Positions 1 through 9,963 of a DNA stretch of 64,000 bases are shown piece by piece. The notes below the pieces were generated by a model. It did no database searches and was not told the DNA's origin. It saw nothing but the letters and a program-made list of their open reading frames with translations. Position numbers and translations under genes: made by a program. The DNA is from a virus: IMG/VR virus record IMGVR_UViG_3300046514_000687, positions 32,001 to 96,000 of that record; one strand, written 5' to 3'. Every line of letters starts with the position of its first letter. Position 1 is the stretch's first letter.

Positions 1-2
1 AG

Positions 3-1883
3 GCCAGGCACAGCGCCGAGGCCGCCCAGCACATCAAGGACACCAACAAGCACATCGCCGACGCCGACCAGCACGCGAAGGATCACCGCGACCACACCTC
101 GGCGATGCAGGACCACCTCCGCGCCGTGCAGCTCCACACCGCCCTCACGCCGCAGCAGCTCGACGCGGTAAACAACGCCATCGCCACCTTCGGCACCCTC
201 ACCACGCACATCAATACGGACACCCTGCGGCTGATCAACGACACGCTGGATATGGTCGATGACCTCACGCTGGTCTCCGCGGATGCGACCCAGAAACTCT
301 ACGACGCGAGCCAGCAGCTCGACATGCTGTTCAAGCTGGAGCAGAACAAGGAGCGGCTGCGCGTTGATGCGGAGTACCTGGCCCAGGTAATCATCGACAT
401 CGAGGCGCTGCGGAAAACGCAGTGGGTGCGCACCGGCGCCGGCACGCCGGTGGTCAAGCACAAGTACATGGTCCACTTCCCCTTCACCCTGACCGCCGCG
501 CCCACCTCGCTGCTGCGCGGCCCGAAGGCGTGGGACCAGCCCTGGCTCCTCGCACCCGCGGGCCAGACCTGGCTCTACTACATGGGCGTGAGAGACGACG
601 CGTCGGAGCAGCTCACGCTCTGGCGCGTGGCCCTGCCGCCCAATGACCCGACGTTCAAGTACAAGAACGAAGACGCGACGAAGATCCACCTCCTACCCGG
701 CAGCCCCGAGGTGCGCAACGCGGGCACCCAGAGCGTGAGCGGACCGGGCATGCAGAGCACGACGCTCTACCTGGAAGAGAGCGCCTTCGAGCGCTCCTCC
801 CGCCCCGAGATCGCCCCGACGACCTACCCATACCCAACGCTGATCCACCGCTTCCCCGACTTCGGGGAGAACGGCGAGGAGCTGACGATCGTCAAGCCCA
901 CCAACCCATTCATCCACGCGATGTGGACGAACATGGCGGAGGGTCTGGACACGGACGTCCTGCTCGGCGTGGCGCGGCGTACCGAAGAGCAGCCGAACAT
1001 CACCCCGTACCCCCAGAACCACGGCTACCGCCAGATCCAGGACCTGGCGACTAGTGTGGACGGAGGGCAGACCTGGAACATTCTCCAGCGCGGTCTGATC
1101 ATGGCAAAGAACGTGTCGGTCTTTTACACCGCGGGCGGCTACTGGATTCAGCCGGGCGGCCAGCAGTGGTGGAACGAGGTCGTACTCAACACGGCGGGGT
1201 GGGTCAACGGCGCCGACACGCCCGGCTTCGGAGTCGCCGGCGACCGCGTCGAGACCTGGCTGATTCGCGCGTGGACGGAGGGGCCGCCGGTGCCTGGCGA
1301 CCGGCTCCCCGTGCCGCTCCAGGGCGACTTCCATGCTAACCAGGTGGAGCAGTTCACCATCATGGTCTGGAACACGAAGCACTGGAAGACGCAGGTGCTG
1401 GTGTCTAAGAACGGCGGCTCGCCCACGCCCTACGACTTCTCGCAGCCCGCGGGCTGGGCAGAAACGTGCATCCTGCGACCCACCGGCGACGGCGGGCTGC
1501 GAGCCTACTGGCAGGGGCACGAGCGGCACTTCGTCACGGAGCACCACCTCTCTTCAGACCCCAGCGGCTACTCGCTGACCTACGACGCCAGCGATACCTT
1601 CCTCTGGGTGGGCGAGCTGCCGGCCGCCAGCGGGAACTGGGCCTGGGAGAAGATCGACATCACGAAGGGGCCGAACCGCATCGTCCACTGCAACCAGGAC
1701 GGCTCGGTCGCGCTCGGCGCGCTCTACGCGGGCAACGACCAGGTGCGCGACATCCAGAGCCACTGGCTCACCGAGGACGGCGGGAACACCTGGCGCCAGC
1801 TTCCCCTGCCGCCCTTCTTTCCGTGGGACCCCCCAAACTACGTTTCCTACCAGATGCAGGGCTGGCTCGTCGACACGCCCTGA
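3..1883 (+). CDS. Virion/tail protein, 5'-truncated: His-heptad coiled-coil stalk plus Asp-box (BNR) beta-propeller head
   Basis: Frame is open from position 3. His recurs every 7 aa near the N-terminus. Asp-box motifs SVDGGQTW, SKNGG, TEDGGNTW. Confidence 0.6.
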   Translation, partial: ARHSAEAAQHIKDTNKHIADADQHAKDHRDHTSAMQDHLRAVQLHTALTPQQLDAVNNAIATFGTLTTHINTDTLRLINDTLDMVDDLTLVSADATQKLYDASQQLDMLFKLEQNKERLRVDAEYLAQVIIDIEALRKTQWVRTGAGTPVVKHKYMVHFPFTLTAAPTSLLRGPKAWDQPWLLAPAGQTWLYYMGVRDDASEQLTLWRVALPPNDPTFKYKNEDATKIHLLPGSPEVRNAGTQSVSGPGMQSTTLYLEESAFERSSRPEIAPTTYPYPTLIHRFPDFGENGEELTIVKPTNPFIHAMWTNMAEGLDTDVLLGVARRTEEQPNITPYPQNHGYRQIQDLATSVDGGQTWNILQRGLIMAKNVSVFYTAGGYWIQPGGQQWWNEVVLNTAGWVNGADTPGFGVAGDRVETWLIRAWTEGPPVPGDRLPVPLQGDFHANQVEQFTIMVWNTKHWKTQVLVSKNGGSPTPYDFSQPAGWAETCILRPTGDGGLRAYWQGHERHFVTEHHLSSDPSGYSLTYDASDTFLWVGELPAASGNWAWEKIDITKGPNRIVHCNQDGSVALGALYAGNDQVRDIQSHWLTEDGGNTWRQLPLPPFFPWDPPNYVSYQMQGWLVDTP

Positions 1884-1893
1884 TGGAGGACCG

Positions 1894-3462
1894 ATGACCT
1901 ATCCAGCGACGAAGGAGACGTTTGACCGGCCGGTTAACGCCACCTGGAACCCCGCGCTCAACGCCGGCCTGGGGGGCTGGGAAGGCGGCTCGTTCCCCGA
2001 CGCCGTGGAGACCGGCGCCTGGCTGACCGTCGTGGAGACGCTGGAGGACGTGGTCGGACTAGCGGGCGCCGACCCCGGCAGCGGCAGCCATGAGGCCCGG
2101 CTAAACCGCCTGGAGGGCGACACCGGCTCGCACTTCTCGGTGCAGGACGGCGACGCCACCTCGCCGCTGCTGGGCGACCTCCAGGTGCGCACCGACCTGA
2201 CGCCCTGGCAGATGTTCGGCTATGGGCCGGACGGCTGGGCGCTGGTCGGCGCCGACGCGGTGAGCTTCCAGGGCGTGCCCATCGAGCGCGCGGACCCGAC
2301 CGCAGACGGCCAGGTGCCGACCTTCGACGTCGCCAGCGGCCTAGTGAAGTGGATGGACCCCGGCGGCGCTGCCAGCGACTCGTTCGCCGGGCTGATCACG
2401 GTCAAGGGCATGATGGTGCGCGGCAAGACCGCCGACGGTACCCCGGAGGGCTTCCCGGTGGGCCCGGAGGGCGACGTACTCTCGGTCGTTACCGGGCAAG
2501 CGACCTGGGCGGCGCCCCCGTGGGCGCTGCTGCCGATCGGGCTCCAGCCCGGCGACACGTTCTGGTGGAACGGCACCATCCTCACGCGCCTGGCGCCGGG
2601 CGCGTCGGGGCAGTGGATGCAGACGCAGGGCAGCAGCGGGCCGCGGTGGCATGACCTGCCGGTCAGCTCGCCCGGCTCAGCCATCGCCGCGCCCGCCGGC
2701 AGCGTCCAGGGCAACTTCCTGCTGTTTACGGACCCCGACTGGGACAACTTCGGCAACCCCAGCGACATCTCGCTGGATACCTGGTTCATCCACTGGAACG
2801 CCGGGACGGGACTGCCGGAGTGGGCGCACCTGCCCAGCAGTAGCGGCATGTCTAACCCGATGAGCCACGTGGCGGCCGTGATCATCGGGGGGACGAGCGG
2901 CGCGGCGCTAGAGCTGGTGGCGCCGGTAAGCGGCGACCAGCCGGACAGCGTGTTGGGCCTGACGGGCGGGCAGGTCGCCTGGCACAAGGAGGCCGACCGC
3001 CCCTTCCAGACTTTCAAGGACTGGGTCTATCAGAGTAGCGTGCCGGCTGCGCCCGCCGCGAGCAGCGGGCGGACCTACTGGAAGACCGACGGCAAGTACT
3101 ACGGCAAGAACGCCGCGGGCACCGAGTACGACCTGACGCTCGCGCCCGGCGCCGGCAGCGCGCACGTAGTCCAGGACGAGGGCACGCCGCTCACGGCGCG
3201 GCCGAACCTGAACTTCGTCGGCGCGGGTGTGACCGTGACGGACGACTCGGGCAACAATGCCAGCGTAGTCACCATCCCTACAGGCGGGCACGTGGTCCAG
3301 GACGAGGGGACGCCACTGACCCAGCGCGCCAACCTCAACTTCGCGGGAACGGGCGTGACAGTGACGGACGACAGCGGGAACGGCGCGAGCCTGGTGACGA
3401 TCCCTGGCGCCACGGCCGCCGCCACGGACTACCTCACCGCACTCTGGTACGGGGGGAACTGA
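1894..3462 (+). CDS. Tail fibre-like protein
   Basis: Gly-rich fibre-type repeats (G.VLS...G..W). Two 39-aa repeats HVVQDEGTPLT.R.NLNF.G.GVTVTDDSGN. RBS GGAGG. Confidence 0.65.
   Translation: MTYPATKETFDRPVNATWNPALNAGLGGWEGGSFPDAVETGAWLTVVETLEDVVGLAGADPGSGSHEARLNRLEGDTGSHFSVQDGDATSPLLGDLQVRTDLTPWQMFGYGPDGWALVGADAVSFQGVPIERADPTADGQVPTFDVASGLVKWMDPGGAASDSFAGLITVKGMMVRGKTADGTPEGFPVGPEGDVLSVVTGQATWAAPPWALLPIGLQPGDTFWWNGTILTRLAPGASGQWMQTQGSSGPRWHDLPVSSPGSAIAAPAGSVQGNFLLFTDPDWDNFGNPSDISLDTWFIHWNAGTGLPEWAHLPSSSGMSNPMSHVAAVIIGGTSGAALELVAPVSGDQPDSVLGLTGGQVAWHKEADRPFQTFKDWVYQSSVPAAPAASSGRTYWKTDGKYYGKNAAGTEYDLTLAPGAGSAHVVQDEGTPLTARPNLNFVGAGVTVTDDSGNNASVVTIPTGGHVVQDEGTPLTQRANLNFAGTGVTVTDDSGNGASLVTIPGATAAATDYLTALWYGGN
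3163..3405 (+). repeat. Intragenic tandem duplication, 2 x 117 nt with 126-nt period
   Basis: 3163-3279 and 3289-3405 encode near-identical peptides. Confidence 0.9.
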
Positions 3463-3788
3463 TGGCACAAGTACCGATCCACGTCGGGCACTACGGCGGC
3501 AGCGCGACGAGCGAGCAGGCCATCGGCTCGGCGGTGCCCACGAGCCACACCTGGGAAGTGAAGTGCTGGATCACCAACCGCACGGCTGGCCCGCTGACCT
3601 TCCGCATTCGCCAGGCGTTCGCCGGCGCGGGCGTGGGGAACGAGCAGTACCGGGCCTACGACACCGTGTGTCCGGCGAGCGACCTGATCGCCCTGCCGGT
3701 CTTCACGATGATGGCGTCAGATACGCTGAACTTTACGCAGTCGGCGAACGGCCTGACGGTCATCGCGGACGCGCTGGACGTGACGTGA
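3462..3788 (+). CDS. Small virion beta-sandwich protein, paralog of 8296-8622
   Basis: 108 aa, translationally coupled (TGATG). Pattern N..A..T.R...A.AG.......YD...P..D is shared with 8296-8622. Confidence 0.6.
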   Translation: MAQVPIHVGHYGGSATSEQAIGSAVPTSHTWEVKCWITNRTAGPLTFRIRQAFAGAGVGNEQYRAYDTVCPASDLIALPVFTMMASDTLNFTQSANGLTVIADALDVT

Positions 3789-4726
3789 GTAGCGGCGGCT
3801 TCCTGGTCCCGGCCAAGCGCACGGCGGCTCAGGACATCCTGCGGCGGCGCGGCTACCACGGCCTGCACCTCTCGGATTGCAGCCTGAGCGGCAGCTACCC
3901 CAGCGGCGGTGCGCCGACCGTCCTGACGCGCACCAGCGGGCTGATCTACTTCAGCGACTTTACGGCGGCAGACGGGGCGCTCACCGGGTTCGACTCCTGG
4001 ACGGCACCGCAGGGCACCTGGACCATCTTCTCGAACCAGGCCAAACTCACCAGCAACGGGAGCTTCGACCGCGCGATGCGCCTCACACCGACCTCGACTG
4101 CCATGGTGATCGAGACACGCTGCCAGTACCCTGCGGGCTACCTCGGACACGCGATCATGGCGCTGGACGGCAGCAACTACTGGCAGAGCATCATCGCCGC
4201 GACGGACCGGCAGTTCCGCTCTATCGTGGCCGGCTCAGACGTGGGCGGGCTCCAGAACTCGGGCGGGAACGGGACTGCGGCCAACACCTGGTTCCAGTGG
4301 AAGACGGCCTTCGCGGTAGGGAAGCTGCTCGCGCAGTATGTGAACCGCGCGGCACTCCTCGGCCCGAACTTCAACGACAGCGGGCAGGCGGGCAACTCCG
4401 CCGCCAGCGGCTTCGGACTCGTCTGCTACCAAGCCCAGAACACGCTGTTTGACTCCATCGCGGTCTACAAGTCCACGATCCTCTCGATGGATGGGCTAAG
4501 CGGGTCGATGGCCTGGCGGCTGATGAATGCCAGCAACACGCAGATCGCAGCCTCGCCCACACAATCCGCGGGCGTCGCTAGTAAGGAGATCGGCAACCTG
4601 ATCGACTGCCCGTTCACCGGCTACGTCGAGCTGCACACTAGCACCGCCTTTACCAGCCTGCTCAAGCGCTACCCGTCGACCGGGAACGCCACCGACATCT
4701 ACGGCGGCGACGTCTACCACAACTAG
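3785..4726 (+). CDS. Virion protein with lectin/ConA-like domain (putative)
   Basis: GTG overlaps the upstream stop. FSDF...GTW.I.SN pattern, beta-rich composition. Confidence 0.5.
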   Translation: MSSGGFLVPAKRTAAQDILRRRGYHGLHLSDCSLSGSYPSGGAPTVLTRTSGLIYFSDFTAADGALTGFDSWTAPQGTWTIFSNQAKLTSNGSFDRAMRLTPTSTAMVIETRCQYPAGYLGHAIMALDGSNYWQSIIAATDRQFRSIVAGSDVGGLQNSGGNGTAANTWFQWKTAFAVGKLLAQYVNRAALLGPNFNDSGQAGNSAASGFGLVCYQAQNTLFDSIAVYKSTILSMDGLSGSMAWRLMNASNTQIAASPTQSAGVASKEIGNLIDCPFTGYVELHTSTAFTSLLKRYPSTGNATDIYGGDVYHN

Positions 4727-4738
4727 GAAGAGGGGCTC

Positions 4739-5161
4739 ATGGACGACGCTACCAGCACCGTGCTCATGCGCGAGATGGCCGAGAATCGCCAGAACCGGCA
4801 GCTCGCCCAGCTCTATCAGGGCCTCGCCCGGCTACTGCACGAGGCGCTGGCGCTGCCGGACCAGACGGGCTGCCCTATGGAACCGCTACTGAAGATGGCG
4901 CCCGAGCCGGCGGCTCTGGGCCGCTACGCGGGGCGTCTCGACGCCTGGCTAGAGGTTAAGCGGGCCGAGGCGACAGAGAAGGCCGCCCAGAGGCAGTACG
5001 GGCCATCTGGGGCCTCGTCGCCTCCGCCCACGCTGACCGACGCGGTACGCAACGGAACGCCATCCGACCTCCATGCCGACGCCCCGCCGGCGGGGCGCGT
5101 GGCGGCTGTGCATCCGGCCGCCGATACTGGGGACGGCGGGGCGTCGCCGGAGGGGAGCTAG
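4739..5161 (+). CDS. Hypothetical protein
   Basis: RBS plus ATG, fills the gap between genes. Confidence 0.5.
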   Translation: MDDATSTVLMREMAENRQNRQLAQLYQGLARLLHEALALPDQTGCPMEPLLKMAPEPAALGRYAGRLDAWLEVKRAEATEKAAQRQYGPSGASSPPPTLTDAVRNGTPSDLHADAPPAGRVAAVHPAADTGDGGASPEGS

Positions 5162-5163
5162 CT

Positions 5164-5550
5164 GTGTCGACCGCCGGCACCTGGAACCTCTATATCGAGC
5201 AGGGCGCAGACTGGGAGCTGCCGGTCACCTACGGCCTGCAGACCGACCCCGACGACCCGCTGACCTTCGCGCCGGTGGACCTGACGGGCTGGACCGCGCG
5301 CATGGAGATCCGCCAGAAGGCCGGCGGCACCGTCTACGCGACCCTCACCAGCGCCACCGGGGAGATCACCCTGGACGGCGCGAACGAGCCCAACATCGTC
5401 CTCGCCCTGGATAGTGTGATCACTCTGGCCATGCCCAAGGGCAGCGCGGCCTACGACCTGGATCTCGACGACGGCAGCGGGCGCCAGCTCCGCCTCCTGG
5501 AGGGCGCCGTGACGATCAGCCCGGCCGTTACCCAGCCGGCCGTCCCGTGA
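5164..5550 (+). CDS. Small virion structural protein (BppU N-terminal-like beta-sandwich)
   Basis: Motifs IEQGADW...VDLTGWTARMEIR...YDL...RLLEG.V, common in phage tail regions. Confidence 0.6.
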   Translation: MSTAGTWNLYIEQGADWELPVTYGLQTDPDDPLTFAPVDLTGWTARMEIRQKAGGTVYATLTSATGEITLDGANEPNIVLALDSVITLAMPKGSAAYDLDLDDGSGRQLRLLEGAVTISPAVTQPAVP

Positions 5551-6164
5551 GCGGAGACACGCCGCTGGAGGTGGTCGGTGTCCCCGAGGTGCCGGCGCGT
5601 GTCGTGATCCTGGAGCCGGGCGCCCTGGAGGTGGTCACGGTGCCCGGCCCGCTGGCGATCGCGCGCGTGCCGCCCGCGGACGCGATCCGGGTTGTCGAGC
5701 TGCCGGACGCGCCCCTCGCTGTAGTCCGCACGGCCGCGCCCGCGGTCCAGGTCCAGGCCCTGCCCCCGGCGCCGATCCGCGTCGTCGAGGTGGCCGTCAT
5801 GCCGGTGCGCGTAGTCGAGATCGGCCAGCAAGGCCCGGCGGGTCCGCGCGGCCTCACCGGTGACGCCGGGCCCCAAGGACTACCAGGGCCGCAAGGCGAT
5901 CCAGGCGCGCCGGGTGCCGACGGGGCTGATGGGGCGACGCTCACCTACATCTGGGACCAGCCGACAGCCGCGGCGGTCTGGCACGTCGTCCACCCCCTGA
6001 ACAAACGGCCCAGCGTAACCGTGGTCGACAGCAGCCACCGCGTCGTGGTCGGCCAGACCGACTACCTGAGTGATGGCGCGGTAGACCTCACCTTCGCCGG
6101 CGCTTTCGCCGGTGAGGCGTATCTCAACAGGTGGCGAACGCGCGCTACGCAATGGCTGCCCTAA
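5547..6164 (+). CDS. Collagen-repeat virion protein
   Basis: G-X-Y run GPAGPRGLTGDAGPQGLPGPQGDPGAPGADG. C-terminal W.VVH.LNKRPSVTVVDS domain. Confidence 0.75.
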   Translation: MSGDTPLEVVGVPEVPARVVILEPGALEVVTVPGPLAIARVPPADAIRVVELPDAPLAVVRTAAPAVQVQALPPAPIRVVEVAVMPVRVVEIGQQGPAGPRGLTGDAGPQGLPGPQGDPGAPGADGADGATLTYIWDQPTAAAVWHVVHPLNKRPSVTVVDSSHRVVVGQTDYLSDGAVDLTFAGAFAGEAYLNRWRTRATQWLP

Positions 6165-6174
6165 GGAGCTGCTG

Positions 6175-7281
6175 ATGGCCGTGCTGCCGATCCTCGTCCA
6201 CCTGGACCTGGGCCTCAACGAGATCCAGAACGTCCTGCTCCAGCAGCTCGCTGCCGACCCGTCGCCACTCGAAGCGCGCATCTACTACAACACCGTCGCC
6301 CACGAGGTGCGCTTCTACAACGGCTCGGCCTGGATCAGCGTCCCTGGCAGTGGCGGCGGCACCGTCTCGGCGGTTACCGGCACCGCGCCCATCGTGTCCT
6401 CGGGCGGCACCACGCCGGCCATCTCTATCGTCGCGGCTACCGGCTCAGTACCGGGCTCGATGTCTGCGGCAGACTTCGCCAAGCTGGCCGCTGCCACCGC
6501 GGCTGCCACTTCGTCCACCCTCGCCCTGCGCGACAGCTCGGGGCGCCTCGCCGTCGCCAGCCCGAGCGCCGCCGGCGACGCGGCAAACAAGGGCTACGTT
6601 GATGGGCTGATGAACGGCGCCGACTGGGGCGAGTCCTGCGTCCTGGTCAGCACCAGCAACATCGCCAGCCTCAGCGGCGTGGCGACGAGCATCGACGGCG
6701 TGACCGCCACGGCGGGCATGCGCGTCCTGCTCACCGCGCAGACCACGGCTAGCCAGAACGGTCCCTGGGTCGTCGCCTCGGGCGCCTGGACGCGGCCGGT
6801 GGACTACGCCGCCGCTGCGACGATCACCCCGAACCGCAGCTACTTCATCGAGCAGGGCACCGCGAAGCACGACACGGGCTGGACGCTCTCGACCGATACG
6901 GCCGTCACCGTCGACACGACGAGCACCGCCTGGACGCAGTTCAGCGGGCTCGGCGAGGTGACCGCGGGCAACGGCCTGACCAAGACCGGCGATACCATCT
7001 CGGTGCTCGCCGCCGACGGGTCCATCACCGTCGCTGTCGGCGGTATCTCAGTCACGGCTCCACCGCTGCGCTTCTCGGTCAACGTCGGGGACGGCGCCTC
7101 GACGGCCATCGTCATCACCCACAGCCTGGGCACCCGCGACGTGCAGGTCCAGGTCTACCGCAACTCGACGCCCTGGGATACGGTGCTCTGCGACGTGGAG
7201 CGGACCAGCACGACCACCTGCACGCTGCGCTTCAACGTGGCGCCGACGTCGAACCAGTTCCGCGCCGTGGTCCTGGCCTAG
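6175..7281 (+). CDS. Head/tail fibre protein
   Basis: AAGDAANKGYVD, IDGV...G.RVLL..QT.ASQNG.W, ITHSLGTRDV motifs. RBS AAGGAG. Confidence 0.7.
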   Translation: MAVLPILVHLDLGLNEIQNVLLQQLAADPSPLEARIYYNTVAHEVRFYNGSAWISVPGSGGGTVSAVTGTAPIVSSGGTTPAISIVAATGSVPGSMSAADFAKLAAATAAATSSTLALRDSSGRLAVASPSAAGDAANKGYVDGLMNGADWGESCVLVSTSNIASLSGVATSIDGVTATAGMRVLLTAQTTASQNGPWVVASGAWTRPVDYAAAATITPNRSYFIEQGTAKHDTGWTLSTDTAVTVDTTSTAWTQFSGLGEVTAGNGLTKTGDTISVLAADGSITVAVGGISVTAPPLRFSVNVGDGASTAIVITHSLGTRDVQVQVYRNSTPWDTVLCDVERTSTTTCTLRFNVAPTSNQFRAVVLA

Positions 7282-7285
7282 TCTC

Positions 7286-8293
7286 GTGATCGCCCTAACG
7301 CCGGTCCAGGTGCCGGCCGGCACGATCACCATTCCCGCGTTCGGCTTCTGGGAAGAGACGAACAGCGGGCTCTACCGGCCCGCCAGCGGCTACGTCGGCG
7401 TGGTGATCGCGGGCGCGGAGGTGGGCCGGTTCGGGGCTAGCGGCCTGGGCATCGGCACCCCCGCGCCGGCCGCGCCCCTCGACCTGCTGCCGGGCAAGAT
7501 GGCCTGGCAGTACTCGGGCGGCGGCTTCCGCCACTGGCTCGACACCGTGCACCAGGGCGGCGCTGCGGCGGGCAACAAGATCCGCTTCTGGACGAACACC
7601 GGCGGCAGTGCGGGCACCTCGTCAGCGCCGAACACCGGCAACCAGCTCTCAGCCACCATCGAAGGGGCCAACGGCGGCTCGCTAATCCTCGGCTCGGCTG
7701 CGGGCACGGTCCCGCTGAGTTTCCCCGGCGCTGTCGGCGGCAAGATCAGCCTCTACGACACGGGCGCGGGCAGCTTCGGCTGGGGCATCCAGTCCAACCT
7801 GCTCCAGGCATACCTGAACAGCACCGGCGACCGCTTCGGCTTCGGCTACGGCACCAGCGGCAGCTTCACCGAGCTGTTCTCGATGCTGGGGACGGGCCGC
7901 CTCGGCATCGGCATCACGACGCCGGCGGCGATGCTCGACGTGGTGGGCGGCAGCGCCAGCGCGAGCGGCGGCGGCGTGACGGGCCTGGCCGGCAAACTCC
8001 TGCTGCCGACCTACGGGGGCAACACCAGCGGCACGGACACCAACCGCGGCCTGTACGTCACCGGCAACGGCGGCACGGCGGGATCGGGCGGGGCGGTCGT
8101 GAACCACGCCATCTACGTCGACTCGACGGCGCCCAGCCTGTTTGCCTCAACGGGCTTCGGCATCGGCAACGTCGCCTATGTCTGGCCCAGCGCGAATGCC
8201 GCGGGCGCCCTGGAAAACGACGGCGCCGGCACCCTATCCTGGGTGGACCCCGCGGCCCACCTGAAGACCTCGTTCATGTTCATGGGGGGCTAA
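7286..8293 (+). CDS. Tail fibre/spike-like protein
   Basis: Repeated G.LGIG...P...LD fibre motifs. Confidence 0.65.
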   Translation: MIALTPVQVPAGTITIPAFGFWEETNSGLYRPASGYVGVVIAGAEVGRFGASGLGIGTPAPAAPLDLLPGKMAWQYSGGGFRHWLDTVHQGGAAAGNKIRFWTNTGGSAGTSSAPNTGNQLSATIEGANGGSLILGSAAGTVPLSFPGAVGGKISLYDTGAGSFGWGIQSNLLQAYLNSTGDRFGFGYGTSGSFTELFSMLGTGRLGIGITTPAAMLDVVGGSASASGGGVTGLAGKLLLPTYGGNTSGTDTNRGLYVTGNGGTAGSGGAVVNHAIYVDSTAPSLFASTGFGIGNVAYVWPSANAAGALENDGAGTLSWVDPAAHLKTSFMFMGG

Positions 8294-8295
8294 CC

Positions 8296-8622
8296 ATGGC
8301 GCTGGTGCAGAAAACGGTCAACAGCACGCCGGCCGCGGCCACGGTGACCGACCTGTACACGCCCGGCTCGGGCAAGTGGGCGGCGTGCAGCTCGCTCATC
8401 ATCCACAACGACAACGCCGCGCTCACGGTGAACGTCCGCGTCATGTTCGCCCCCGCGGGCGCCGCGGACGCGAACAGCCACCGCTTCTACGACTTCCCGA
8501 TCCCCCCCGGCGACACCTTCGTGGCGACCATCGGCCTGGTCGTAAACGGCACCGACGTCATCCGCGTCTACTCCGACACGCTGCGGACCAACTTCTTCCT
8601 CTCGATGCAGGAAGGCCCGTAG
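8296..8622 (+). CDS. Small virion beta-sandwich protein
   Basis: 108 aa, paralog of 3462-3788. Confidence 0.6.
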   Translation: MALVQKTVNSTPAAATVTDLYTPGSGKWAACSSLIIHNDNAALTVNVRVMFAPAGAADANSHRFYDFPIPPGDTFVATIGLVVNGTDVIRVYSDTLRTNFFLSMQEGP

Positions 8623-9963
8623 ATGAGCCAGGGCTTCACCGGCGCGGGCCAGGGCGCGGCGCGGCTGGCGAGTACCGCCAGCACGGCCAGCCTCACGCTG
8701 CCCGCCGGCCCGATGATCGCCACCTACCCGATCAGCGGCACCAGTCCGATCACCGCGATCACCGCGGCGCAGGATGGCCGTCTGGCCCTGCTGGAGTTCG
8801 CCAGCACCGGCTGCCGCGTGGTGATGGGCGGCAACCTGCTGATCAACGGCGACTACCTGAGCAGCGTCAGCGGCGTGCTGATGCTGATCGCGAACGGCGG
8901 CAACTGGGAGGAGGTCACCCGGACCAGTGCCATCCTCCAGCCCTACAACGCCTGCCCCAACGGCGGCTTCGAGGGCTGGCAGTTCGGCACCAGCTTCGCC
9001 GCGATTGCCGACGCGGTCTACTTCGCGGATCGCTGGGTCTCCAACAAGTCCGGCGCCGGCATCTGGACCATCGCCCAGGACAGCAGCGTGCCGGCCGTCG
9101 CCTGGAACGCGGCAGCCGCGAGCTGGTCCGCCAAGGTCACCGTCACGACTGCCGACGCGTCGATCGCCGCGGGCGACCTCTACGCCATCTACACGGCCAT
9201 CGAGGGCTACGACATCCGGGACCTGATGAACGGCTTCGCGGTGTCGTGGTGGGCGAGGGCGCACCGCACCGGCACCTACTGCGCGTCGTTCGTCAACAAG
9301 GCGTTCAACCGGTCCTACATCGTCGAGTACACCATCGCCGTGGCCGACACCTGGCAGTACTTCACGGCGGTCGTGCCGGCGCCGATCGGCACCTGGACGC
9401 TCGACACGCAGATCGGCATGTACTGCCTGTTCTCGCTGGCGATGGGCTCGACCTTCGGCTCGGGGGCGTCGGCGAGCACCTGGCTCTCGACAGGCTCCTA
9501 CACGACCGCGAACCAGATCAACGGCGTGGCGGCCACGTCCGACACGTTCTCGCTGTGGGGCCTGAACGTCGTGCCAGGCACGGTGCCGCAGCCGTACCAC
9601 CCGATGCCCTTCCCGCTCCTGTGGGAGCGCCTGCGGCGCTACTGCCAGAAGTTCGCAGCGGGCACCTCGGGTGCCTACGCCACTTCCTTCAGCAACAGTA
9701 CGACGGACGCCTACGCCGTGCTCTACCTGCCTACCTCGATGCTGGGAGTGCCGACCAGCGTCTTCTCGGCTGCATCGACGTTCTGGCACTACCAGCTGAG
9801 CGGCACGTTCACGCCGACTGCCATCGTAACCGCTGCCGCGGGGCCGGACCGCGTACGCTGCTACATGAGCGGCATGAGTGGGCTGACGAACGGGGCCGCG
9901 GGGTTGATGATGGACTCTGGTGCAGGTAGCTCGTCGATCCTGCTGACTGCGAACCCCACATGA
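8623..9963 (+). CDS. Tail fibre/receptor-binding protein, paralog 1
   Basis: N...NGGF..WQ.GTS...YFADRW, IEG, TWQ, L.RYCQ pattern typical of phage fibre carbohydrate-binding-like domains. Confidence 0.7.
   Translation: MSQGFTGAGQGAARLASTASTASLTLPAGPMIATYPISGTSPITAITAAQDGRLALLEFASTGCRVVMGGNLLINGDYLSSVSGVLMLIANGGNWEEVTRTSAILQPYNACPNGGFEGWQFGTSFAAIADAVYFADRWVSNKSGAGIWTIAQDSSVPAVAWNAAAASWSAKVTVTTADASIAAGDLYAIYTAIEGYDIRDLMNGFAVSWWARAHRTGTYCASFVNKAFNRSYIVEYTIAVADTWQYFTAVVPAPIGTWTLDTQIGMYCLFSLAMGSTFGSGASASTWLSTGSYTTANQINGVAATSDTFSLWGLNVVPGTVPQPYHPMPFPLLWERLRRYCQKFAAGTSGAYATSFSNSTTDAYAVLYLPTSMLGVPTSVFSAASTFWHYQLSGTFTPTAIVTAAAGPDRVRCYMSGMSGLTNGAAGLMMDSGAGSSSILLTANPT

Noticed and set aside
8290-9929. 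Long alternative-frame and antisense ORFs (8290-9789, 8376-9929, 30218-31102, 46364-47542 and similar)
   Set aside because: Arg/Pro/Gly-rich shadow frames expected in high-GC DNA, overlapping better-supported genes.
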